Of a stretch of DNA of 64,000 nt, positions 39,290 through 52,199 are shown piece by piece. Made by a program: the position numbers and the translations under genes. The stretch spans positions 29,416,838-29,480,837 of the forward strand of contig JAHRHZ010000222.1 in assembly GCA_024137785.1 (NCBI GenBank), given 5' to 3'. The DNA is from Ginglymostoma cirratum (taxonomy: Eukaryota). The first letter of the stretch is position 1, and each line of letters starts with the position of its first letter. The notes under the pieces are model-generated. The model saw only the letters and a list, made by a program, of their open reading frames with translations. It was not told where the DNA came from and did no database searches.

Positions 39290-39545
39290 TTTTCTTCAGT
39301 GAATTTCCATTTACATTTGATATAAAGAGCCTTTAAGCTCTCGCAGTGTGTAATTTGGCCAATCTGCCCATAAGTTACCTGCTTTGTCTTTAAGTAGGCG
39401 CATTGAGTGGAAGCAATCGCGAGCACTAATAATTAGTGTTTGGAAAGGTAATACGCCTCCTTTTCTTTTTGCATTTCCATGCTCATTATTATTAAACTGA
39501 CAAACAATAAATTAAACCTAAATAATGAAACATTTTCACATAAAA
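39290..39545. promoter_or_regulatory. Candidate conserved non-coding enhancer
   Basis: CpG cluster in a CpG-poor window; homeodomain palindrome cactaat-a-attagtg 39424-39438; AACAAT Sox site; multiple TAAT. Confidence 0.4.
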
Positions 39546-40574
39546 AATAGGTGGCTGAAGATTTTTTTTCCTAATGAAACATTCAACCCCAAGCCTGTTA
39601 TCTGCTGTACATTATTCATTTTACAAGACTGTCAAATACTTTGAGACTAAGAGCTGGAAATATGCTAAAAATATTTCGGTAATCATTTTGGTTATTCCTC
39701 ACTGCTATAGCAGTTTAAATTAAGCATTAAGTCAATGCTGAAAGTTTTGAAGAGTAGTGATAATGACTATTTTCATGGGAATTACAAAATATAGGAAAAC
39801 AACCACTTCATATAGAAGTCATACATCTTTCTTGAAGGCATGTATCTATCTTCACAATATTTTGTTAAGTTAAAACTTTCAGTACTTTAATGGTACAAAA
39901 TTTAATTCAGGTATGTCAGCATCTAAAAATTGTGTAGTGGACATTCGATTTTAAAGTGAGTATATCATAACCAATCAAGAACAATTTGATCCTAACATTT
40001 GTTACGTATAATCATTTACAAAGGATGACTAAACCAAATCTACACCAAATACACCAATATACCACCTGAATGCACAATAATCATGTCACATTTAATACAC
40101 AACTAAATGTTCAATAACTTTGTTTCCTTCTTGGTGAGGTAGCTGGAATTTAACTGGTTGATAGTAATATCTCCTGAGGAATATGTACATGTGATATATC
40201 AGATGCTATGAACAGATGTGCCTATTCCACCCTTTCCAGCAGTATTGCATTCTTGCTATGTTACAGAGAACATACATACGTGTAACTATGAGACCTCAAT
40301 TTGTCTACGTACTGAAATGAGGAGAATGAGTTTGTCCTATATCCAACTCTTACTGTTAAAAGTTTCAAAAAAGACTCTCTGACCACTTGGGCTGGGTATG
40401 TTTATAATATTTATTAAGCACTTATATTTAGTGGAGTGTCTGAGAGGTAGACTTCCTTCAATAATAAACTTCAGACCTGTTTGCATGCAATCTTCACACA
40501 CTGCGATATGACCAATGAGTTCATCGACTTGGCTACAGATCCATTTCTACACGTGTTTCACATCTTATTTGAAG

Positions 40575-40670
40575 GGCTAGTGAAAGATCATCAGCCTAAA
40601 GAGTTGATGTTGCTTCTCTGCCCATTGATGCTGCCTGGCCTGTTGAGCATTACCAGCATTATCTGTGTGA
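40575..40670 (+). mobile_element. Degenerate PLE terminus
   Basis: gatgctgcctggcctgttgagcattaccagcatt preceded by a decayed hammerhead-like ctagtgaaagatcatcagcctaaagagtt. Confidence 0.45.
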
Positions 40671-43600
40671 TAAAGGAAGGGCTGTAAATTCCCACCATTG
40701 AAAGCATCTTCCTGGTTTTAATCCAAAGAATTTCACTCCATTTACTTTACCTTATCACAATTTGTCGGCAGTATTTATCACCTTTAACTGTTATCATCAA
40801 CAGAAATTAAGGTAAACCACGAATGTACACTTTTTTATTTGCACTGTTATCTATTAGTGTATGTTCTGCATGAGCTGAAGAAAATTTACCTTCAGAGCAT
40901 TGTGCTGAATAAGGACCACCTAGATGTAGGTCAAATGATGAAAGACCATAAACACCAAAAGACTCAAACTCAATCTTTTAGTCTATATTGATTACAAGCA
41001 TCAGACAATATGTAAATCTTTGTTGTAAATAACTTTTTTCAGTCCATAAATGATCCCACTGTCTGTATTACTGGACAGTTCTCCTCCTTCAGCGTTTGTA
41101 ACCAAGTGCCTTTTGTACATTAAAGTATTACCTCTTGTAATTGGAGATTTTGGTGCCCACTGCTGCCAGCATTTTATATTTGGCTAAGTCCTCACTGCTG
41201 TCATCATCTTATAATGTCAGAAATGATCTGGAAAATATTGGGTAGATTCTCCATTCTCAATCCTCCTTGCTGATGTTAGTCTAGCCTACTAATACTACTC
41301 GGGGAAGGACGACCTCTCAATGTCTTAGGCAGGTGATGGCTCAGTTTTGATGAACATAAAAGTGATTTATTAGAGATAACTTACATAACATGTAAGATGC
41401 ATGATTATGTCTTGTGGGTTATCAGGCTCAACTTTAAAGTAAATTCACATTGCAGATAAAAAACAAAACCACAAAATATAAACACAATCTGCTTAGCTCC
41501 TCCCAGGAGCAGCCCTTTACAGCTTGATGTGTGAAGCTATTTTGTGGTTTCAGTCAACCCTTTCTGTGACTAACTGCCTCATGTATCTTGCCCCAAGCTT
41601 TTTGTTGGTTATAAAATTCTGCATATAATTGTTTCAAATAAATAAGGTAGGTTCATCACCCTCCCCCCACCATCTTCGTCAAGTCTTTGACTTTATAAAT
41701 GATTGACAACTTGACTGAGTTAACAATTGTAACTTCTGGATGAAACACTTAGGTACAGTTTGTCACCACACTGGGACATTGGCGAATCTTTGATTTCCCA
41801 GATGCTCTTTGCTGTGTATGTCCTACGGTATTGAGGATGTTGTTGAAGGCTTGCTTCCACGGTCGGGGGAGGGGTGGGGGTAATTTTCTTTCCTCAAATT
41901 GTGTTTGAGGAGATAACTGTGTTTCAGAAAGCATTAACCTTCTCCTTTTGATGCAGAAATATTCTTGCTTATGATCCATCTCTTCTGGGTCGTATCCTTT
42001 TGAATCGCATTGTCATTTTTTCTGGTTCAATCATAGACAGTAAAGCTGACTGTTCTGCTTCGGTCCTGTTTCTTCTAAACAGTTGAATTGACTGTATTGA
42101 GAGTCTACTACTAATTACTATTGTTTTACTATCAAGGAGGATGAATGACAAGGTGTTCGAGATTTATCTACAATTGGAAGACAACTGAATAATTCCTCCA
42201 AACCCATACCATCAGTATTATCTTCAGATCTTTCAATCACAACCAGTTGTTGAACATCAGAATGATTAATCTTGCGTGAATAATTTCTCTCACAGGATAG
42301 GGTTGGGAAATGATCCTCTTGGACCTGGAGAGTCTGTGAAGCATGGGACCTGTGATGTAAAGTTAAGTCAATCACTGCTATTTGGTTTCTGAGCTGGTTG
42401 AGGTCCTTCAGCATATTGTAAAATTTTAAGAGCAAGTCATGCATTTTTACTCAGAAGTGGAAAATATAGATTTCTGATGATGTACACTTGATCTACAAAA
42501 TATTCTTTTTTGTATTTTAAGAATGCTCCCAGAACTCTTTCGAAATTGAGTACTCTGCCTGCGCCATGCCATTCTGTCAGAAAGCTGGCATTTCATTTTC
42601 CTCAACTTGAACTATTTTTCAGATGAAATTGTAACATATGGCCAGCATTAAGTTTGAAATTAGTTGGATGACAATTGACCTATATGATTTATGTCATATC
42701 TGGTTTTAATGTGTCATCTGTTGCTAAGGAATGTTGATTCATATCTTCCAGTGGTTGTATACCATCATGTAATGATCTGTGTCCAAATGAAGGGAAGTTT
42801 TGGTATTTTCAGTTCCCTTCTAAATATGGTTGCTGTAAACCTCTGTGCACATTAGCATTAGTAATTCTGTGGCTGAACAGTTGTTTTTGACTCTTACAAA
42901 TTCCTTGAAAATGTATAATTTTCTTACAAAAGTTGCATTATGCACAGTGTAAATCACATGTATTTAGCCAGTTTTTTAAAACTACATTTGTAACAGCAAT
43001 TTCCAGCGTTTAAGAACTTCAAATCATTTTATGTTGTCTATCTTGTGATGTTTCAATGGTTTTATATATCAGAATGTTGACAAAGCCTGATGAGCTTCAA
43101 CAGCTAGATTGGCTTTTTTTTTCCCTCATTCTTTTGTGCTGTCTTCAAATTTCAGTTTCTACCACTATCCAGAGAGTTCTTTCCAATATTAAATCTCAGC
43201 TAAGTGTCAATTAAAGGCAGTTTCGTGGAGGGTTACTGTACATGATGTCTAGTGAGTTACCTTATCCTGTTCTCTGCAGTTCACCTCATTATGTATACAC
43301 CATGTCTCTATGGTGCTGTATTCGCGCTATTGTATGGTTTCCAGCGGCAAACTAATGCACAGTGCAGGCAGCTTTGGGTCTTTCCACCATTGACACTATA
43401 TAAAACCCAACTGTGAATCAAGTCAATTGATGCCAGCCACAAATAGCCCTTCACAGTTTACATAGTGGGAGGGAAACAAAGGAGGGCACTTGGGTGGCTA
43501 GGCTGACATTTAAGTGGAAGTAAAAACTGACATTCATAAATGTATTGCTTCTTTACATCATCACCTGTCTGACTGATTGTCATTGTAACGGTAGCTACAA

Positions 43601-44220
43601 GAATGAAGCTATGAATGCTATTCGTCTTTAGCACCATGTCAAAGAGAATGCTACTCTTTCTCCAAAACCTAGCATAGCTTAACATCTCACCATTGCTCTG
43701 GCTTGACTATGTGAAACCCCTCACTTATTTAGAACGACAGTCCTGACTGATGAGTGACCAGACCCCTAACTAAACGCTATGCAGCTCCCAACTGACTTCC
43801 AATTAATCTCCATTGAATTGGACCTGCAGGAGTAACTGAGGCCTAGGCTCTGGGCTGCAATGATACACCACCTGTTACTGGCCGTCCAAACACCTGACCA
43901 ACCATATCCAAGTCCCTGGATTGCTATCGGATTGTGTCTTGCACTTAGTCTGCCAGGAACCTTTGATTGATGACAATACCCCTTGACCCAACTGAGGACT
44001 ACTCTCCTTAGACTTTGAGATATGGCCATTTGGATAAAGCACATGCAGCATGTTTGTTACATAAGCTGATGACGCATTCTACAGGTGTGATATTAACATG
44101 GCACAATGCTATAAAGCAGAATGTCCACCCCTGAATGATCACTGCTAGCAGCAATGACAAGCTGCCTGGCTTTGTGTCTAAGATAAAAAGACAAGACAAG
44201 ACAGGAGTAATTTAATCCTG

Positions 44221-44449
44221 AGATAAAAGGTACTGCAGATGCTGGAGAATCCGAGATAACAAGCATGGGGCTGGATGAACACAGCAGGTCAAGCAGCATC
44301 ATAGGAGCAGGAAAACTTGACGTTTCCCTATTTATTTCAGAACCCTCTTCCCCTCCCCCATTTCTGATGAAGGGTTTAGGCCCGAAACGTCAAGTTTTCC
44401 TGCTCCTATGATGCTGCTTGACCTGCTGTGTTCATCCAGCCCCATGCTT
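44221..44449. mobile_element. Young PLE terminus insertion with inverted head and 14-bp TSD
   Basis: gtaatttaatcctg at 44207-44220 and 44450-44463; perfect 68-bp inverted repeat 44259-44326 / 44384-44451. Confidence 0.92.
44360..44395 (+). ncRNA. Minimal type I hammerhead ribozyme motif
   Basis: attt-CTGATGA-a-gggt(ttag)gccc-GAAA-c-GTC-aagt: core, 4-bp stem II, palindromic ACGT stem III, GUC site, stem I AUUU/AAGU. Confidence 0.8.
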
Positions 44450-46040
44450 GTAATTTAATCCTGTAATTTTTGGATGAGGCAGAATGTAAAAATGCAAGGC
44501 ATAGCTGTGAGCATCCAATAGGTGCAAAGTGAGTGAGTGTTAATGGACAAAGCTAAGGGTCCTGAGATGCAGCCTGCTGTAATCCATGAGAGAGGTGCCT
44601 GTCCCTGCACAAAAGTTAGCCTGGCTGTTACATTACAATGCAAGGTGTCAGTGCACTACAAAGTGCAGCACTGAAGTTGAGAACTCTATTATAAATGAGT
44701 CAGAGATGTGTCATGATGATATGGTGGGGCTAGTGCAGGTCCACTGCCAACCTCCATGGAAGGAGGATGCAGGTGGTTGCTGCCCATGGACTGTGCCCTG
44801 AGATTTTGGGGACTACTGTCCAAAACGGAGGAGCAAGCAGTCAGCTGGAGCCACCAGCTACCTACTCTGACCCACTGTACCCGTCAGAAACTGTCAGCCT
44901 ACAGTTTCTCATTGCGACAATAGAAAATATAAATGAGGCAAGAATAGATGATAATGAGATATTGAAGTATGCAAATTAGCCTCTCACCGCTCATGAGTGA
45001 GATTCCCATCTCACTGTTCAAAGCTTGGAAGCGAAATTGGACTTTTGATTCTTGTCATTTTAAATCTGATTTTTCTGATCTTGCATTATGTTTCCAACTG
45101 ACTCGCTGTTGTACATGTCACACAGAGGCTGAGAAAATTCAGCTCTATCTTATGATTGTAACATTTCTGAAAAGAGGTGTTTCAGAAATTCCAACGCAAC
45201 GCTGTTGCATATGAGTTCTGATTGCAAATCACAATAATCACAAAATCCAAGCAACGTGTAACGTTCATTAATAAAGTTGTCAACAGGTTCCCCAGGAAGT
45301 GGTGTTGTTCTGTTCAATCTCATTCTCTCAGGTATACACTTGCTCCTTTATGTAAAGTAATTGTCAAAGGCTCTTATTATCGATGTTTGTCTTATATTCT
45401 GTTGCTTTAAACATGATCTGCAATTGGAACTACAAAGTAAAGAAATGTGTTCACTTGTGCTTCTCTAGATTTCTTCTGTAATCCTGAAATAATTCTAGAT
45501 TGTATAAATTGTCTGTGCTATATAGTTCAGTTCACATGTCTGTACATGAGATTTGTAACTTTAAATCTGCTCAGCGATGTAATATCTTTCTCCATTGTCG
45601 TTATATCTCATTGTTGTTGTTGTTTTTGTTCTTAGTTAATTTCCTTGAAAGCTGTTGCAGGAATTTCTTACTATTTTGGAAATGTAACGTATTTTTTTCT
45701 TCAATGTTTTAAATTTTACGAAGAGTTTGACTGTATTCAATATTCAATCTTATTCAGCAAATCTTATCAGCTTTTTTCAATATTGTAATTATTTTCTTTA
45801 ATTACTGGAAATTGAGGTGAAATGCTGATAAAGTTTTATCCTTAAGAACTTTGTTGTCTTTATGAAGATATTTAAGTTTGTTTTGCTTTGTGTTTCATAA
45901 ATCTTGCTGATTTCTGAATGTCTCAGAATTATCCTAATACTTTTGCTGTACAAATTGTTTCCAAATTTTAAATTGTCATTGAAATGCTTTAATTTTGGAA
46001 ATACTAAGTTTTAGGTTACTGTACAAAATGGAGGAAATGA

Positions 46041-47030
46041 TGGCTGAATCTTATGTTTTTAAAAACTAAGTCAGAGTTGTATTGAGTCTTTCTCATGTTA
46101 TCTTACCAATTCACCTCATTAATTACCAACCCTATCCCATGGCATCCCTCACATCCAATTTCTCCCCCATCTTACCATGCGCTGTTCCCAGGTACAACTC
46201 ACCACTTAGTGGATATCTGGTGAAAAAATGGCATTCCTTGCATCCATGCCATTTTTAAAAGCCCTTTTTATACCCAGATGGGCACTGGTATTTCAAAGCT
46301 GTCCTGCTTGGTCAAGGATATTATCAATTCTCTGGCATGGAACCAGAAATCCTGGTGTAAGATGTACTCCAGAAGAGAACAAACAGAGAAGGCCACTCCA
46401 CCAGACCCTACTTGCCTGGTCTGAGGATGCTACCTAGGTCAGTGTCATCTCCAGGAATGACCAGTCATGATCTTCTGTGGTCTGTCAGGCTATCTCTACC
46501 AATGCACCCATCTTCCAACAAGGCTCATGCTCTGCCAATCTCACAATAGTGTGCAGCACCCTCTCTTACTCACTGCTAACACCCAACACTCTCCCACAAC
46601 ACTAACGCTCATACCCTCTGTGCTGCCTCCTCAGTCCTTTGGTAAATCTCATCACTTTTCCCCCACATGCACCCACTGTAATCTCACTCACCCCATGTTT
46701 TACACATTACAGGAAAAGACAGCCCATACAGCAAGTAAAACATGGAGATGTAGCAGGAGGTAGAGAATAAAGAAGAAAAATTGAGGACATTTTGGTGGCA
46801 GGGATGAAACGGCTTTGTACATCACACTTGATTTATTCTTGAGTATTCCTGCTGTTAACTTACATGTTGCTGTGAGTCTCACTATGTAGTTGTTAAACAC
46901 ATCTTCACAGTATCCAACAGCACTTCCTGGACACTGACAAGGATGGAAAACAGCATTGAGAGCCTACTGCTCCATCCAGAAGCAGGGGTAACAATTTGTA
47001 AGCATGATGCTGGGTCACAGTGCCATCTTT
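46041..47030 (+). mobile_element. Harbinger-family left end with Myb/SANT-like relic
   Basis: Starts tggctgaatctt; PEENKQRRPLHQTLLAWSEDAT*VSVIS..HDLLWSVR, then acceptor acag|gaaaagacagcccat (EKTAH), matching 27600-28100 inverted. Confidence 0.65.
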
Positions 47031-49671
47031 CTCCCTCCTCTTTCAACATCCATAATGACTTTCCCTCTGTTTCATCACTTCACTGTAAGATCACTGTGCC
47101 TTTAGTATAACTGAATGTCACACTATCACTGTCTGGCTGAACTCCGCATCTCTGTCACCATCTTATAAGTGCAGAAGCAGTGCCCATCCCACCAGTATCT
47201 TATAGCTGGCAAAGTTCTCACTGCTGTGACCATTTTACAATGTTGAATATTATCTGGTTATCTTCGTAGGTGTGCTATCACCAGCCCTTCCAGTTGACAT
47301 TAGTTGAGTCTACTAATAACATCGGGTGAAGGATTCCTACTCAATGTTTCAGGCAGAAGATGGCTCAATTTTGATGAACAGGAGATAAATATATTAAATA
47401 TCGCTTAATGGCTTCTAAGATACATGTTAGTTCCTTGTGAGCCACCAGACTCAACTTAAGAGGAAGTTTACATTATAAGTCCTCAGCAGTCTCGTACCCA
47501 GTATTGGTAACAAGCACAGAATTAAAAGCAAAACTGGTTAAGAGACAAGCACAAATTCTCCTTAGCTCCTCCAGGTAAAATTCCTTTATATCATGATGGG
47601 CAGATCTCAGCTTGTGAAATAAATTAACCCTTTCAGTTACTAATGGTCTTAAACAATATTAACAACAAGATATTAAGTCCATCTTCTTTTGTCTGTAATA
47701 TATAGTTATTGAATAAATATATATTAACCTGTTTAAGACTAAATTTTGAAATAAGCTTCATTTGTTTTATTGGAATAAAGTGGCTACTTTTAGCGTCAGT
47801 GTTAAAGTTGAATTTTATACATATAAGAATAATTTAATTGCTATAGCTCTTGATCTATAGAAGATAAAATTTAATCTACACTACACTGGTGTCGACCATT
47901 GCATTCAGAATACTCCTGCTATACAAGTGTGGAATAAGTCAAATTGCTTATATATTGAGAGACCCAAGATTAAAACCATAGGAAAGCAACAAAACATAGC
48001 CTTTACTTCTGATTATAAGGGGAAACTGAAATATGTTTTTAGCCCTGGTCTCATTTACAGTGGACATCATTTTATAGTGCCTAAATGCTAAGTTCACAAT
48101 TATGATTTAAATAGGCTTTGCTTCAATGTGAGAAAAATGTCATCTTGTAAAGCATGTACACTCTTACTGCCAGTCAGCAGGGTAACAAATATCAATTCAT
48201 TCAAAATATCAAATGCATTTTGGCCCATGGTAGTAGTGCCTAGCTTAAAATAGCTGTGTGGATACCACATAAAACTAGTTATTTCTTGGTTGCTTCTTAT
48301 TATTTCATTCTGGTCTTTTCAATAGCTTCAGTTTAAATCTCCTAAGTATGTATGAGAATGCTTTCATTCTCTAGATCCTAAGTAAATGATATCATTACAT
48401 AGGATGTTGGCACCACGGAGAACACTGTAGCATGTTCTGGCTCTGAATTTCTTTTAGCAGTAAAAAGCTTGAGCTAGTAACACAAGGGATGCATGTTTTA
48501 AACACAGGAGTGTTATTTTAATTGCTCTGAATGGAAATGCTGACTTTATATTCTGCTAGATAAGGTTATTCAATACATGTCCATTTGACTTACTCACAGA
48601 AGGTTGGCAACCACAGCATCAGTTAAAAGAGTGTTTATTTCCTGCTGCTCAAGTAGTCATATAAACAGTCAAATAATAGTCATGAAGGTCCAGACAGCAG
48701 GAACTTCAGCAGACCAATGTATTTTTACTGCCTAGTTCACTGACTTTGTAATTTCTGAATTATGAAAGATTGCTCTGTAGATTTAATAGTATTTGGGCTG
48801 AAGTATTCTCTGCAATGTGTGTAATCAAACACACAACTTAGTAATTTAGAAACAAAGAGTAAAGCATAATTTATGTATTAAAAATTGTGTGCAGATTTTA
48901 ATATCACGTCGTGTCTTCATTTTCACCAAGCCAGAATCATTTATATCTAGCAATGTTATTTACATGACAAATTCTTGCTTACAGTGAGAATGTGTAGCAT
49001 AAAAGAGGGAATGTGAAAATTCATATTGGTGCAACTAAAGATACTATGAAGTATTTGTTCTTAATGATATGGCTAGTGGCTATAAAAAACAGCAATCCGG
49101 TTGAGAGGAAAGATATGAGAAAAAAATTGCTATAAGAAGCTGCTCAGTCTACAAATGTTTCTTCAAATAAGAAATGTCCCTGATGTGAAAACATAGTGAC
49201 AAACTAATAAGCGTGCAATATTTTAAAGAAAGTCTTTGCACAAATTATTCCAAGAAAAATAGTGCAGAAAGTGTAATAACTTACGTTTCATAGATGTGAA
49301 ATGTAGGTTTCTATTTTATCGGTAGGGGAGGGGTGGTGTTATGGACAGTAGCAAACAGGAAGATACAAATCTGGTCAAAGTACTAAAGGCATGATTGAGG
49401 TAGAGTTGATGGCGGGGAGGGGTGTGTTGGTGAACAAGCCACACTCCCAGTGGAAATGCTGACATTTTACAAATCATGAAATGTGGAATGTTCCAAAGAT
49501 CAATATAGCTTACAGAAAATTTAGAATTATGTAAAGGCAGCCTAGAGAACACCATTCAGCAAAAGCTTCTCTAGTTCTACTGCATATGTGCATCACTGAT
49601 TACACTGATAAGGCACACAGTATTGTAAGAATGATACCTAACTTTACCTGAACACACTAACCAGAATAGCG

Positions 49672-49775
49672 CTGAAGAAGAATCATATTAGACTTGAAAT
49701 GTTAACTCTGTTCTCACTTCACAGATACTGCCAGATCTGCTGACTTTCTACAATACTGTCTGTTTTTATTTTAGA
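49672..49775 (+). mobile_element. Degenerate PLE terminus inserted in a Gypsy integrase
   Basis: ctgaagaagaatcatattagacttgaaatgttaactctg...cagatactgccagatctgctga; hammerhead core decayed. Confidence 0.6.
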
Positions 49776-50430
49776 CCTATTTACGCTTGATAGACACTTT
49801 TATCTTATTGCTGTCAATTACTTTCCTCAGTGGATAGAAGTGAAAAAGTTGCACACCACCACACAGAGACAGTTGTCAGGGCCTTGCATGAAATGTTATT
49901 ACACATGGGATCCTTGATGTGGTCATGTCAAACAATTGACCACAGTTTGCTATCGAGTCTTGCAGTCAGTTCTAGCTTTGAACATGTAACAACTTTATGA
50001 GACACCCTCAGTCAAATGGGGAAGCCAAGCGTGGGGTCCAGACAGTTAAGACAATTTAAAAGAAAAATGCTGACATCTGTATAGTCATGTTAACTTACCA
50101 TTCCACCCCACTTATTGCCATCAGAATTGCTGGAGGGGAGAAACCTGAAGCCCGATTCCTTATGCTACCAAAGAGGCTGGCTCCACAGTAAAGTACATGG
50201 GACTATAAGACTGTTTGTAAGAAGGAGCAGCTTCATTGTGAGCAGCAGCCAACTCATTCTAAAAGATGTTATCATGCATGTGGCCTTGCTACACTTGGAC
50301 TAAGGGCAATCCGTGTGGAAAAATTACCTTATCAGTAATAGGACAGTTGTCCAAGAGTCAGCAGACCAACACTAATCGTACACTATCTACACAGTGAGGA
50401 AATTGTATGAAGGAACTGCAGGAACTTGGT
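49775..50430 (+). mobile_element. Gypsy integrase relic
   Basis: FYLIAVNYFPQWIEVKKL..THGILDVVMSNN*PQF..HPQSNGEAKRGVQTVK is a decayed rve DDE core. Confidence 0.85.
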
Positions 50431-51087
50431 CTCAACAATTATCCATTGTTGTGTGGTTTGGGTGAATCCAATGAGGACATCATGATGATAATGCTTTACA
50501 TTACCTCTCTTCTCTTTGCTGGCATTGTGCCAATTTTCGCAAATTTATTCACTACTTAAAGATCTATAACTTTATCTCTTGGAAATATCAGTTGTTTTTT
50601 ATGGATCCGCCTTTGCTAAGGCCCATGAATTTTCTAAGTACAGCTTCACATTTCTCTCTTTTCCTAGCCCACCCTCCACTTCAGCACTTGTTCCCAGCAT
50701 CTAAATGAGGTATGGTTTTGGAGTGTTGAGCTTGCCTTTTTGCCGCTTCCACTTCTGCTGCTGTCTCTCTCTGTTGGTAATCACATTTCAGGTGCTGGCT
50801 TACTATCTGTATCTTCTTAAAGCGGTACTGATCTTAATGTGGTAGACTCACATGCGTGCTTTTTGTTTCCTATTCTTCTGGAACCTCTGGATTTTTTCTC
50901 CTTGTGGTGGGAGCCATATTCATAATACTGCAACTATCTGGTATCTTCCCAGATCAACGCTCCTTGGGGTTTTTAACCATCTCTACCAGCATTTTGTACT
51001 GGTAAAGACTGTTTGGCATATTTTACTGCTACCAATCCACCTTCATGTTTGCTTTGTTTTGGGCCTATCTAGTGGTTAATATCACAA

Positions 51088-51416
51088 AATCATAGAATCC
51101 CTACAATGCGGAATCAGGCCCTTCAGCCCAACAAGTCCACACCGAACCTCAGAGCATCCCATCCAGACCCATCCCCCTATAACTGACCACATCTACACAC
51201 CAACATATTCCTGAACACTATGAGCAATTTAGCGTGTCCAATCCACCTAGCCTGCACATTTTGGACTGTGGGAAGAAACCGGAGCACCCGGAGGAAACCC
51301 ATGCAGACACAGGGAGAATGTGCAAACTCCACACAGACAGTCGCCCGAGTGTGGAATCAAATGTGGGTCCCTGGTGCTGTGAGGCAGCAGTGCTAACCAC
51401 TGTGCCACTGTGCCAT
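51088..51416 (-). mobile_element. HE1-type V-SINE
   Basis: tRNA head ggcacagtggcacagtggttagcactgctgcctcacagcaccaggga, V-domain gtggagtttgcacattctccctgtgtctgcatgggtttcctccgggtgctccggtttcttccca, CR1-type tail ending ttctatg. Confidence 0.93.
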
Positions 51417-52199
51417 CCTTGTTCCCAGTAGTCGAGGGAAATCCCACTGTAAAGTCTCTATAGAAAAGAAAACGTTCATGGGTAACAAAAAGGTTTGTTG
51501 CATGATTACAATAAATGCAACTCCATTCGGTCAAGCGTAAGTACAGGGACTTTACAGAGCAGGTACAAATAGATTTGCTCCTTCCAAAAGCTTGAGCAGA
51601 ACTCCTTGTTTACATCCACAAACTGTGTATGACATCAAAAGAATGGATGGAACCATTATCTTAAATCACTAAAATGTGGCAATGGGTCAAGAACTTGATA
51701 CAAATGGTCCCCCCTTCCCAGTTTTAAGTCAAGTAGGTTTGCAGATGAGGGAAGCTGTTTGGTAAATCATAACCTTTTATGGGCATCTATTAGCTTCAAA
51801 TGTAACCCAGCATCCTAGCTTTTATACGCACCTCATGAATTTCCTGTCAGCAATTGTCCAGGGACAACTAGGCAAGAGCATAGTGAGACACTTTTACCCA
51901 GTGAAAGTGGCAGATGGAAAGCTTTAAAACTGTAAAACTGCATTACTGCAGCCATGGTCATATGAGAAGATACTGGTGCCTACAGCATTTCTTTCTGAGA
52001 ATATGCACTTATTGCTTTACAGACAAATGTTCTCTCTAAGCTGCACAGTCGCTTGGGGGGCGGAGGTGGTGGTGGTGGTGTCGGCGGGGCGGTGATGGGT
52101 GGACATGCACACCTCTCAGCATGATGATTCATCCTGTTCACAGAAGTCTCTGCTGTACACAGACCTCAGAGGTCAGTGCAGCAGTGGTAAAAATGAGAG

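Larger units (their letters stand above)
43500..45143. mobile_element. Harbinger-family element right portion
   Basis: Homologous to 9860-11071 (cattcataaatgtattgct.ctttacatcatcacctgtctgac...); ends gagaaaattcagct. Confidence 0.75.
41348..47685 (-). mobile_element. Ancient minus-strand LTR retrotransposon interrupted by Harbinger and PLE insertions
   Basis: LTR 41348-41658 bounded by tgatgaac/gttcatca with adjacent reverse PPT ccctcccccc; diverged second LTR from 47372; integrase-tail-like SRTP..LIVK / FRRNR pieces at 42050-42180; protease-tail-like VGFYIV ~43400. Confidence 0.55.

Noticed and set aside
41749-42444. Three overlapping minus-strand ORFs as a host exon
   Set aside because: They lie just upstream of a PPT plus LTR and contain integrase-tail-like fragments in shifting frames
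43500-47030. Circularly permuted Harbinger (right end before left end)
   Set aside because: More simply two separately truncated insertions; no junction evidence for permutation
49672-49704. Additional functional hammerheads (also ~40577 and ~20050)
   Set aside because: Core or stems are mutated (e.g. GAAATGTT, broken stem II); decayed copies
51340-51416. tRNA gene (also 24844-24935 and 2530-2616)
   Set aside because: tRNA-derived SINE heads continuing into SINE bodies; no complete cloverleaf
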